A DNA stretch of 63,752 nucleotides, filler included, from Catajapyx aquilonaris (taxonomy: Eukaryota): the NCBI GenBank assembly GCA_000934665.2. It is 3 parts of 3 records of this genome, joined end to end, with 100 filler letters (N's around TTAATTAATTAA, not from the genome) between each part and the next. Parts side by side here need not be neighbours in the genome. Positions count along the whole stretch, not along the records: positions 21,342 to 42,494 come from JYFJ02006121.1; 2 more parts are not named here. One strand, written 5' to 3'. Positions 28,901-40,813 of the stretch are shown piece by piece; position 1 is the first letter of the stretch, and each line of letters starts with the position of its first letter. The position numbers and the translations under genes are program-made. The notes under the pieces were generated by a model. The model was not told the origin of the DNA and searched no databases. It saw nothing but the letters and a program-made list of their open reading frames with translations.

Positions 28901-31900
28901 TGTCGTATACCCCGAGGATGGAAGGGAACCACAAAGTGACTGTGCAGTTCGCGGGGAGGGCCATACCCAAGTCGCCCTACACGGTGCACGTCGAGGGTCA
29001 CGCAGGTGACCCGGACAAGGTCACGGCGTCCGGACCCGGCCTGGAGCCAGAGGGGGTTATGATCAACAGGCCGACGTACTTTGACATTTTCACTAAAGGT
29101 GAGGTTCTCATACCACAGTGTTTTATGTGCACGAAGCTTCCCGATTTATTTATTTATTTATAAATATTTGTTAATTTTTATCCATTATTTATTTTGTTTA
29201 TTTATAGTCTATAATTCATTTGGCCATCGATTTATCAGTTTATTCATTTGTGATGTATTTGTAGACTTCTGTGTATGTATTTGGATAATTTTTTCTAAAA
29301 TATAAATTCGCATAATTTAGTTGCATGCTTCCATATATCCTGTATTTGCAATGGTTAATTTTACGAATATTTCTGTGTACAGTCGATATAATGCTCTTCA
29401 AGGGACCGCTCAAAAGTACGTTATATGCGGGAAAATATACCTTATGGAAATGAGCAAGGAACCGAAAAGGGCGTTAAAAGCGGGAGTTTACTGTATTCAT
29501 TTAATTTGTGAAGATTTTTACCAATTTTAATTATTAGCATCTGCCTCGTGTGTTACATTGGGCACAATCATAAGAGCAGGATTCTTAATACTGCGTGCCA
29601 TTGTTGCATTCCGGGGCGGAGAATATACAGTATAGATAAGATGATGGTGGGAGACCCGGGCCTCCTCGAAAAAAAAGAGGATGGAATTTAATTTTGCGGC
29701 CTTTGTGTCAATTTTTGTGGCGGATTATTTGCAGTGCGGCATGTTGTGTGGGAACAAACTTTTGGGACCTTAAATGCGTAATGGAATTTTTGAATGGCGG
29801 GGGAGGCATTGTAAACATCCACTTTAGCTAGGATCAACATTAGGCCAAACGAGCTCTCGTTTAGTTATTTGGTTTTATCATCACAGAGCAAAAAGTTTTT
29901 TGTCTCGCCTCTCATAACCTTTAGGTATACTCTTCAGGGATGAAAATCCTTTGAGACAAAATGTACTACGTACAGTACTGTCAGCTTATGCCGCAGTGCT
30001 TCAAGCTGAAAGTTTTCTCTGAATAGGACTTTGTTGGCTGTTAACCGGGTCGCAATGAGGGCGGGACAGCATGATATCATTGAAAATGAATGTTACGCAT
30101 ATGCATCAATGACAGCTCCCTGCCAGAAGTCGGTACAGTAGTCAAGTAAAAATTTGTATACAAATTAATTTGAATCAACTTTGAAACCCGAGATGTTTGC
30201 CTGCCGCCCGACAGCGAGCAAATGAATAGTTAGTCCCTTCATTACGCAGGCGCAGAAAGGGGGCCAATCGGAATCGTCCCGCAAACAATATGAGGCGGGC
30301 CAATCGGAAATCTCGGTCATACAACACGACCTTATTGACTACGATTTTAGTATATGTGCTGTGATTTTGCTTAAATTCGAGTGCGTTAGAATGATTATTC
30401 CGTTGTTATTGTTACTCTTTTCTCAGTGTATATTTGTGACTCGAATTGTCTGAGAGCTTACACGAGTCCCTGGCCAGCAACTGTCTTTAACTAAATGTTA
30501 CTGATCTCTTGGGGGGTGTTTAGACGCAGGTAGAGGCGTACCCGAGGTGATAATCCTGGACCCCCAAGGCCACAAGAACACGATCCCAGTGAAGGTGCGA
30601 CAGATCAGTCCGGACGTGTGGCGATGCGAGTACGTGTCCGCCTCCGTCGGACTGCACTCCGTCAACGTCTTCTTCGCCGGGAAACCCATTCCCAAGAGCC
30701 CCTTCGGAATCAAGGTGGCACCCAGTGAGTATATACATCACCTGAGGTCTACGTCTCTCTCCTCCGACTTCGAACAAACACAAGGGAGAAACCCCAGTGT
30801 TTAATAATTCATGGGAGGATTAGTCGAGACGAGAACGTGACAGAATAGTGATCAAAAATTTTGCAGGATTCTCGGTTGCGATCTATAACATTTGCGCTCC
30901 ATCTCGCACTGTTTATAGCTATACGAATTATTTTCCAGCTGATTCATTTGAAGTGTTGGAACAGATTTCAGTTTCTTGCACAATTATGATTCATCTCCAC
31001 TTAAAACAATAACGGTATTGTTAAGAAGATGTTCCTTTTATTAATTCATCCAAAGGAAGATCAGGGGTGCGCAATCCTTCTTATTTTCTCCTGGTATTTT
31101 TCCTGCAGCCCTTGTGTTGAGAGAAGAGGCTCCCGACTCTTTTCAGAGCTTATTGATCTCCGCGTGTTTGGCAGACGTGGAGTTATATACGCTTCTGGAT
31201 TACCACAAGCCAATTGTTCACCTCAACCCGATGCAATTCCCCACCTGAATTTTGATGCAAAAATATGGCAGATTTTTTTTTTCCACATCCCCTTTTGCAG
31301 TATAGCATCGCGGGCAACTCCAGGCGATTATAGCTGTCCACAGCTCTATTAGCAGCTGCCAGCCGATCGATCCGGAAGCTCTATTAAATCGGGAAAGAAC
31401 GTTGTTTTCCGTTCCGTCGCACCTTTTTTTAGTGGGAGTGGTCATAATGGGGTTGTAGCCGGGAATTTGAAAAACCCCCCGCTGAAAATTCGGTCAAAAA
31501 AGTGCCCCAAAAAAATTTGCGCGTGATGTCACGTTTACAATTTACCATCCATTTAGCAACGCCAGTTCGATTTGGACACATTCATTTACGGACTTGTTTA
31601 CGGATGGCGCTGCTGGGAAAAATAAATTCATCGCGGCATAATAATATAATGAAATCTGCAAAACTTCATGCTCATAAATTAACGAGATGTGTCCTCACGG
31701 GTCCTGTGCGGGGGTAAATATAGCCTGTAAATAAATAAATGAATGAATAAATAAAAATTAGCGAAATGCTACTCGTCCGATTTTTTTGGTTCAATTTTAC
31801 ACCATTTTTCTTTCGACAGCGTGTGACCCTAAGAAGGTCAAAGCTGCGGGTCGAGGACTGCAACCGAACGGGGTCAGAGTGCGAGACAATGCTGACTTCA

Positions 31901-34900
31901 AGATCTACACAGAGGGTGCGGGCGAGGGTACGCCGGAGGTTCGAGTCATTGGTCCAGGTGAGTCTGCACTTTTCCTTTAAAAAAAAACATAGGACATATA
32001 TTAAGACAATGGATGACTTCTTTATTGTTTGTGTGTGTCGCAGGTGGTGTGAATGAGCAGGTGAAGCTTCGAAAGGTCGGAGGAACGACGTACGAGGCGG
32101 CGTATCTTCCCAGGAAGGAAGGTCGGTACGTGGTGATGATCACTTACGGAGGTCAGGAGATCCCGAGATCACCGTTCGAGATCAACGTGGGTCCTTACAA
32201 GGAGTCTGAGATCAGGGCCTACGGACCAGGTCTTGTCGGTGGGGTGGTCGGATACCCGGCTCTCTTCACTGTCGAAACCAACGGAGAAACCGGAGCCTTG
32301 GGTAAGCTATACTAAACGAGTGCACGGGAATGATAGAGAGACATGTCATGTATAATTTTTTTTTCGGACAGGCTTTAGCATAGAGGGGCCATCCCAGGCC
32401 AAGATTGACTGCCATGACAACGGTGATGGCTCAGCGGATGTCCGTTACTACCCGACTGCTCCTGGAGAATATGCCGTCCATATTTTATGCAACAACGAAG
32501 ACATACCAAAATCTCCTTACGTCGCACAAATCTTACCTAAGACTGACTATTATCCCGAGAAGGTATGTCCCACATTGCATCTATTGATTTCTTTTGCACA
32601 GTCCAGCTTACTGTACTGCAGGATTTGTCCTACGTTATAGATCGTCTTATAGAAAATTGTGCTAATTTAAATTTCAGGTTGAGTGCTATGGACCTGGTTT
32701 GGAGAAGACAGGTGTGACTACAGGCAAACCTGCCGAGTTCACAGTGGACACCAGTAGAGCTGGTTCAGCCCCGTTGGATGTGCACGTATGTACCACACAG
32801 TGACAACAATTATTTACTTTACATAATAATTATAATTGTAATTAAATTCTGTGCAGGTCATGGATGCCGATTACAATCCTGTGGATCTGAACATCCGCGA
32901 CAATCAAAACGGCAAATATTCGTGCAGTTATGTGCCAAAACGAGGAGTGAAGCACACGGTGGAGGCCAACTACGGTGGAGTATCAGTCAAGAACAGTCCT
33001 TTCCGGGTATTTGCTCTTGCACCGACCAATCCAGCCAAGGTGCAAGTGTTTGGACCTGGAGTTGAGAAGGGAGTCAGGTCACAAGTGCCCACACATTTCA
33101 ATATCGACTGCAGAGAAGCAGGTCCAGGTAAATACACATTTGCCCTCAGAGGTATATTGTGTAAGCTTGTGCTATAACTTACTAATAGGATGATAATTGC
33201 TTGATTTCTGTCGCTTCAGGAGACATCCACATTTCCATAACCAACGAGAAGGGCCAACCTCTCCCAATCCAAATCAATGACAATGAGGACGGAACCTTCT
33301 CCGTGGACTACTGCGCTCCACAAACGGGTAACTACACCGTCAAAGTGCTTTACGCCGGGAGGGAGGTGCCACAAAGCCCCATCGTCGTCCCAGTCACACC
33401 TCACGTCGACGTCTCAAAGGTCAAAGTGGATGGGCTGGAACCAAGTAAGTCCACTTTTATTTGGTAGCACAGATTGAAGTCGACTCTGATGTTCAGGATG
33501 TTTCATAGCAATTCCGATGAACAATGTTTGGGCTGTAGTAGTGTGTTGGTTGTATGATTCCGAAAGAGAGTGTGAGAGAAGAAAGCATGTTGTGGTTGGC
33601 AATAAGGGGTCGGCAGTTAGCTGGCCAGTGGGTCGTCGTTCCCCTACAGCCGTCTCTCCGCGCAGCCGCGCCCATCAACAGCTTGCAGCAGTTCCGCGTA
33701 ATCGTTCAGGGCGCCGACAAGGCAGACTTCGCAGTGGCCATCACCAGCCCATCGGGCAACAGGGTCAAGGCACACATCATCCCTACGCACGAGGGATTCC
33801 TGGTCAACTTCACCCCAACCGAAGTCGGGGAGTACTCGCTCAGCATCGCCTTCGGAGGACAGCCCGTCTCGCCATCGCCATACCGATTCATGTGCATGCC
33901 CGGAAGCGATGCTTCCAAGGTATTAACTGACGGACAATGCTCTTTTGAACGTCCGGGTGTCAGGCACAGGTGGCGCTGTCGGCAAAAGAGCGACACAAGG
34001 TCACCAATCATCCTGGCAGATAGATAACCAGTTGGCCTGTCACGCGTTGCATCGAAACTGACTGCACAGGGGCAATCCGCTGGCACCTCGTTTAAACGCT
34101 AATCCGGCGGACATTTGCCTCGAAATTGATCCAGTTTGATCACCCCATCGGCGATTAAATCACACACGTAATCGGCAACAAATCGGGCGCACCTGACACG
34201 CGGACGATCAAAAGAGGTCCCGGTACATGATGTAAATTGTGGCATGTAAACCGCTTTTGAAAGATGGCACTGCCACAAGGATGTTGTTGGCTTTGAGTAT
34301 ATGCCTGACCTTACTCTGCGAATGAAGGTACGGGCGTACGGCCCCGGGTTGGAACACGGGGTGGTCCACAAGCCGGCCGAGTTCATGATCAACACATGCG
34401 GTGCTGGACAAGGAGGCCTCGGAGTGACCGTGGAAGGTCCGTGCGAGGCAGCGATCAACTGCAGGGACAACGGAGACGGTACATGCTCGGTGGCGTACCT
34501 CCCGACCGAATCCGGAGATTACACTGTCAACATCACGTTCAACGACCAGCACATTCCCGGATCCCCGTTCCAGGCCATCATTGTCCCGGAAGCCGATTTC
34601 AAGAGGATCAAAGTGTCCGGGAACGGGATACAGCCGCACGGTACATTTGCCTCGGACTGTTGCATTGTGGAGAGAGGACAACCCCCTTTTGTTCGGTTCT
34701 GGCTGCCGATGAGATTTTGTTCGCATGGCGTTCGGGTTTTTTTTCTCTATTTTTTGGCATGGATTTATGTGTTTCGGCTAACAGAATGTGGAGTGAAAAG
34801 TATTGTGATGATGCGCAAGAGTGATCCCTACTCATTGTTGCAACTATCAGCTGCTAAGTGTAGTCTACAACCTGTCTGTAACTGAATATGGATTTAGTGG

Positions 34901-37507
34901 AATGGATTATGAACTGTTAACAGTTAACTGAAGTTAACATCCTGGGACTTGGGAAATATGTATAGGCTACAAAAATATCTCAACCATATGCTACATGTAA
35001 ACACGGATTCCACCACTTTTTAGCACCAAAATGACATTCCTCGACTACTGATAAATTATTATCGGGAGCGTTAAAAATTTACTTTGAAATTGCCGCGAAA
35101 AAGGGTGTGTGGTCTAGGGGGCATTCCGACTCCTGCCTGATGACCAATTACCACGATAGTGACGTAAACAGACCGGTGATAAACTGAAGTTAACAATGAG
35201 TTTGGATCACTCTGTATTCAGAGTAGTGCAAAATTTCATTTTGGCAGATTCATTACCAGTATTGCTATATACTTTTTCCTTGGTAACCCATTATATACTC
35301 GTACATGGGATAGGGAATGTTCTGCGGGTTAGACCAATCCAGCAAAGCTTAATTCTGCGCAAAATTAGCACATTTTGCACCACCCTGTATATGGACACTG
35401 CATCAATCCACTTAGAATGTACAGTGCGTTACTGGTAGACAGTGATTAATAGTGTGCTTCATCCAAACGACGTCCGTTGACTGGAGTATTGCGCAACGAA
35501 CTAAACCGCCCCCCTTACGTTCAGTTTACGAGCACTTACGCATTTTTAACGTGGCTGTTTATGAGATGAGTGGTGCATTCTTGTTTTCAGTTATGTTTAT
35601 GTACTTGCCATTTTTAAGTTGCAGTTTGTCGCATGTTGTGTGCTGCAATTTGTTTAAAACGTGGGACAAGTACATTGTTTCTGTTATGTTCAGGCGTGTT
35701 TGTGGACTCGACCACGGACTTCATTGTGGACACACGTGCCATCGCAAAGCATCCGGATGGAAAAGTACGGTGCAGCATCACCAATCCGTCCGGTGCAAAG
35801 ACCGAGAACTTCATCACAGCATTGGGCGATGGTACATATCGCATCAGCTACACACCGTTTGAAGAAGGTACGTTGCATGACAATCCGTTTTGTGTCCGAA
35901 TGCACAGGATCTGGTTTTTGTCAGGTCGACATACGATTGACATCCTGTATGACGGTATCCCCGTACCCGGCTCACCCTTCGCCGTGTCTGTCCGTCGAGG
36001 CTGCGATCCCAATAAGTGCAAGGCGTACGGAGCAGGACTGGAACGAGGTGGAGTCAACAAGCCGAACGTGTTCACCGTTGAGACTAAAGGTGCAGGTACT
36101 GGCGGACTGGGACTGGCCATCGAAGGACCATCCGAGGCCAAGATGACATGCAAGGACAACCGGGACGGATCGTGTACCGTGGAGTACGTACCGACCGAAC
36201 CTGGAGATTATGACATCAGCATCAAGTTCGCCGAACAAAACATTCCTGGATCGCCATTTAAGGTGAGTTAACCTCTGCACGACGGTATGGCCAGGTTAAC
36301 ATGATTTGGTGTTGCAGGTGCCGGTAGGGTTGTCCGTCGATTCGAGCCAGGTACAGGCATATGGACCAGGACTTGAACCCAAGTTCTGCAGAGCGGGTGT
36401 CCCACTGACGTTCAAGGTGGACGCGTCCAAGTCGGCCAAAGCACCACTAGGAATCGACGTTCTGTCAGACACAGGTATTGTTCTCGTGCATACGGTGTTA
36501 ATGATTGCGACTAATAACTGTTATCTTGTCAGGACCATTGTCCAAGAAACCAGAAGTTCGGGACAACCTGGACGGCACGTATGACGTGACGTACGTGCCA
36601 CCTCAGGAGGGATCCAATGTCAAAGCACGTGTCACCTGGGACGGAAAAGACATCACCAACAGGTACATCAACATCTTAACGTTAACTTTCATCTCAAGTC
36701 ACATGCTGCCTTTGTCTCCAGTCCGTTCCAGATGAAGGTTCGACCAACAGTGGAGCCCTCGAAGGTCAAAGTGCAAGGACCAGGGGTGTCCACCAAGGGA
36801 ATACCTGCGTCCATACCTGCAGACTTCATCATCGACACCACCGAAGCTGGGTATGGCGACCTGGAGGTGCAGGTCCTGGGACCAGACAACTATCCTCGCA
36901 AAGTTAAGGTTCTGGATAATGGAGACGGGACGTTCAAAGCCAGTTACATTCCAGACGACTGTGGACGGTACAAGATCAACGTGAAGTATGGAGGGAAGGA
37001 AGTACCACACTCTCCCTTCACCATACAGGCGTTTGCTTCAGGCAGTGTACGTATCTGCTTAACAATATGCAGCACAAATTTCTACCTGAATAGGCAGTAC
37101 CAGATGTTGTGTGTTATTCATACTGGCATACAAACCTTACTAGATATTATCTATTTACAGGCCGAAAAGTGCAAGATAACTGAAGGGATCCAACACACAC
37201 TGACCATTGGAGAAGAGTACTGCATTACAGTCAATGCTAAGAACGCAGGGTACGGAGCTGTCACCTGTCGTATCCGATCAACTTCTGGGAGGTAAGCACA
37301 TTGTCTTATCGCTGATTTATTGGCTAGAAAGCCATCTCATGACATACTCAATTCAGCTCAGCACAAACAAGCGATCTGGACATAGACATTGAGGACAATG
37401 GTGATGGAACCTTCACCATCTATTACACTGTCAAAGACGCCGGAGACTACACCCTATCCGTCAAATTCGGTGGTCAACCAGTTCCGGACGGGTTCTACAC
37501 TTTCACG
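22941..37507 (+). CDS. cher: Filamin (cheerio/Filamin-A-like), partial: CH2 of the actin-binding domain plus Ig-like repeats 1-13; 21 exons; 5' and 3' parts not in this contig
   Basis: GT-AG exons, all phase-compatible by my count: 22941-23050, 24373-24470, 24906-25033, 26885-27023, 28858-29098, 30524-30724, 31820-31957, 32044-32301, 32372-32562, 32678-32785, 32857-33127, 33220-33444, 33666-33919, 34328-34640, 35694-35867, 35925-36262, 36318-36474, 36533-36662, 36722-37046, 37161-37291, 37372(or 37357)-37507. Translation includes [42 protein letters not shown] and [13 protein letters not shown] (filamin CH2), and repeated V.AYGPGL...DNGDGT...IP.SPF Ig-filamin motifs. Confidence 0.96.
29380..29493. 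mobile_element. Short pogo/Tigger-like MITE remnant in a filamin intron
   Basis: TA|CAGT ... gtttACTG|TA ends with an internal cgtta...gcggg repeat. The TIR is degenerate. Confidence 0.4.
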
Positions 37508-38652
37508 GTAAGTGACCCAGCATGTTTACATTATCGAGCACCAGTTATGAGCTATTTTCAATGGAAGCAAAGACCCCGAATGCCTTCCTATTTGGCAAAC
37601 CACGATGCAGCAGCATGTATTTTAAAATCTTGAAACGATGCCGAGCCATACGACGCCCCGATAAACACAACTGGTGGATTGAGTACGGTTTACATGTCGA
37701 GACCCGATGATTCTGTCGTCAAGACCATCACACGACCTGGAGCTGATGGGGGAAAAAAATCAGAGGTTGTTATACCGAGTGGGGGAAACTGTACAACGGT
37801 GCACTTTTTTTGTGTGTGTCCGTTACACCCTGTCACCCCCATTAAAGGCGGAAGGGTGTCGAAATGGTGGTGGTCAACCTGTTTCCGTTCCTGCCCGGAT
37901 ACGAGGGGAAACGATCCTTTATCCGGGAGTCTGGGGTCCAGCAGATGGCTTTTAGTCCATGTTGGGTGTCCACACTTGAGCGGACGTCTGGGGTTATGAC
38001 CTCGCGGTATTATCGGATATCTAGAGAATGTCCAGGGTGGGATTATCGCCATGCAGGCATCTCTGCAAGGTAAGAATCTGCCATTAATTTGTGTTCATTC
38101 AATGGTGGAAAAAGCCAATCAGTTTGATCGCAGATTGTCAGTAAATGCAACGTATATCAGTTTCCATATTCTTTTCCGGCCGCCTTGGAAGATATTATAG
38201 GCCAGGAATGTGTATATTTTTAGTCTGCTATCTTTTCGAGAGAGTAGTGGCGCAGCTTCCATTTCGGTTAAGTGCCCGCAGCTTCCGTTCTGCTTGGACC
38301 TTTGCAAAACATTCCGGGGGTATACGCATCAACTCCGAAATAATGCGCACTATTTCAAACTATTTCCATTGACACAGAGTGAGCAAGAATGGGCTGGCAA
38401 AACAAGGCGCAATGTTTTTTACTGGTGCATTGCTTGGCGGAAGCGACAATTTTCCAAGGCGGTGCGCATTCCGAGTGATGGAAGAGATACCCGGCGTTTC
38501 TTGGATAAGTCCCAGGCAATGAGTCTCTCTGGCCATACCGAACAGGTTAAAGTTCTTGCTTGAAACTAGTGTCGAGAGTTTAGGAGTCGAGTAGAACCTC
38601 CATAGGCCTACCGTACCAATCTTTCAATTTCTAGGGTGACGGAATTAAAAAA

Positions 38653-39658
38653 CCCGCATCGATCGTTCCTCGATTTGTTGTTTCCCGCATCTATCGTTCC
38701 TCGATTTATCATTTCCCGCATCTGTCGTTCAAAATTTTGTTCAAATGTTCGCACCAATTTATTTTGAGTGAGAATTCAGATGAATCCATTTTTTTGAAGC
38801 TTGCCTAAATTTATTAGGAGAGTTTTTATAGTTTTAGTGAAATTGACCGAAATTCTTGTAAGAATTTATCGGTTAATTTTTCGCGGCTTCTCGCTTGAAA
38901 TACCACGTGCAAAAAAGCGCCATTGTTTGAATGCCCCGCCTTCAGTATCAAATTCTCTTTTTTTTGTCCTCATTAGAGTACCTCCCGTAATTAATGGCCC
39001 CAGGAAAGCTCTAGTTGAAAAGACATGTATGGGAAGCCTGCGGGCTAGGCTTCAGAATCTAAAGCGGTGGGGGTTGTCAAACGGTAAATTAATTTTTATT
39101 GGCCGAAACATCCCGCCTATTCCCCCCTCATTAAAATAGTTATGTCCCTGGTGGTTAGTCGAGTGGCTAAAAAATTACTTCCATCAGACTAACGAGAAAG
39201 CCTGGACTATACCATCAGGAACATTAGGCTCCCAGCAGCTTGCCTTTCCGTTTTTAAAATTAAATTCGGTCCCAGTTTTATTGCGACTGGATGGTACAAA
39301 GTGGGCTTTTAGGTTATGGGTTACGTTTGTGTAACTATCGTTTGAACTGCTGGGAGGGCTACAGTGTTTCGGCCAGACCCTGCCTGCTGCCTTAGAGTTT
39401 AGCTGCTTTTTATAGCCTAACAACGCCCGTCCTTGCGTCATGTGACTCGGAAAAAGGTCGCAGGCGGTGTCACCCGCTGGCTGCAAATGAAGGGCAAAAA
39501 TACATTCCAAAAAATTGGGGACTGCAAGGTTATGAAATACTAGGAGGAAACCTGTACTAATCCGTATCATATTGACACCCGCGTCGATAGTTCCTCGATT
39601 TATCGTTTCCCCACATGTATCGTTCCTCAATTTATCGTTTTTCCTCTATTTATCGTAC
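38653..39658. repeat. Two clusters (38653-38730 and 39578-39658) of a ~30-bp repeat tttcccgcatctatcgttcctcgatttatc, probably DNA-transposon subterminal repeats
   Basis: About three diverged units in each cluster, same orientation. Confidence 0.55.
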
Positions 39659-40579
39659 GAAATGTGTACAGAATGGGTATGAAATGGACAGATTATATGT
39701 AGCCTACAGGATTTGTCAGATTTGTGCTGGAGAAATGAATGTTCTTCCTGCTGACTGCGGTTTTCTTGGCCGGAAAAAGTTCGTCCTTGTCCTGAGGTCG
39801 TCCTAACCGGGACAACGGGCGTCCACTAGCCTCCGATGTAACTTGGCCTCCTGGGATTCTTTCTGCTTATTTGGTGGTGGGTAGGAGGAGCCTGTGGCAG
39901 CCACTCAGGCCAAAGCCAAAATGCTGCTACCACCAACTCTTTTCTTTTTTGAAGTCTTTAAAAAAATCGGGGGCAAACCACGCCCCATCTGGTGGGTGCA
40001 TCTACGAAAAGACACCTCTTCTCCACCCACCCCCACTGACTTGGGGGTTTCCTTCACAACTTTGCAACCTAAGGCTTCGTCCAAGGGGGGGAAAACCGAG
40101 TTCACAGTGATTAGGTGTTACTAACCTGGAGTTCTAGGCCCGACTGTCAGCAGGTTTGGTGTAAGTATTGGCTCAGATTGGTTTCCCTGCCCTCACCCCT
40201 CCACCCTCTGCTGGCACCCCTGATGCCCACCCCTCTCTAACCCCCAACATCTATGTCACCACCCACACTCGAAAACCATGAGGAAGTGGTAGACCTACAT
40301 AAAGTACATCATCTGACCTTCAAATTTTTGGAATTCCCACACCTATATCCCTATGGCACGCACTGGTCAGACCCCCTGCAACAAAGCACAAAAATTCACT
40401 TTTCACAGAATTTGCCTTTGAATTTTTGAGTTCAATTTCGTGACGTACCCCCAATGTCACTGTCTGTAACGCAATCGTCAACCTCCCAGCGTGACGTGCT
40501 TTATAACAGTCCTTTAACGTGCTGAAATTCAGTCGCATTTGGATAAAATTATTCAATTGTTTGATTTGTTTATGAATTA

Positions 40580-40813
40580 CTAGCAGCGGAACCCGTTCTT
40601 CGCACGGCCTGTTTCCATGGTAAAGTCAACCAGAATTGGAAAAACCGTACATTTTAGCTATATTTAGACTCAAAAAAGTGCAGTTTTCGGACTTTTCCAT
40701 TCATCATCAGCATGTCAGCCCATCAGTGTGCCAAGTTTCAGGACTCTCTGTAGTACAAAAGTGTGTTAGGTAGCCCAGACACACAGACAAACCGTCTTCT
40801 TTATTATGTAAGA
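40580..40813 (-). mobile_element. Non-autonomous Helitron (234 bp)
   Basis: On the minus strand it begins A|TCTTACATAATAAAG and ends ...CCGTgcgaagaACGG (short hairpin) gttccgctgCTAG|T. This gives a 5'-TC, a 3'-CTAG, an A|T insertion site and no TSD. Confidence 0.8.

Noticed and set aside
35130..35172. Possible hammerhead ribozyme (CTGATGA)
   Set aside because: No downstream GAAA core with closing stems could be found.
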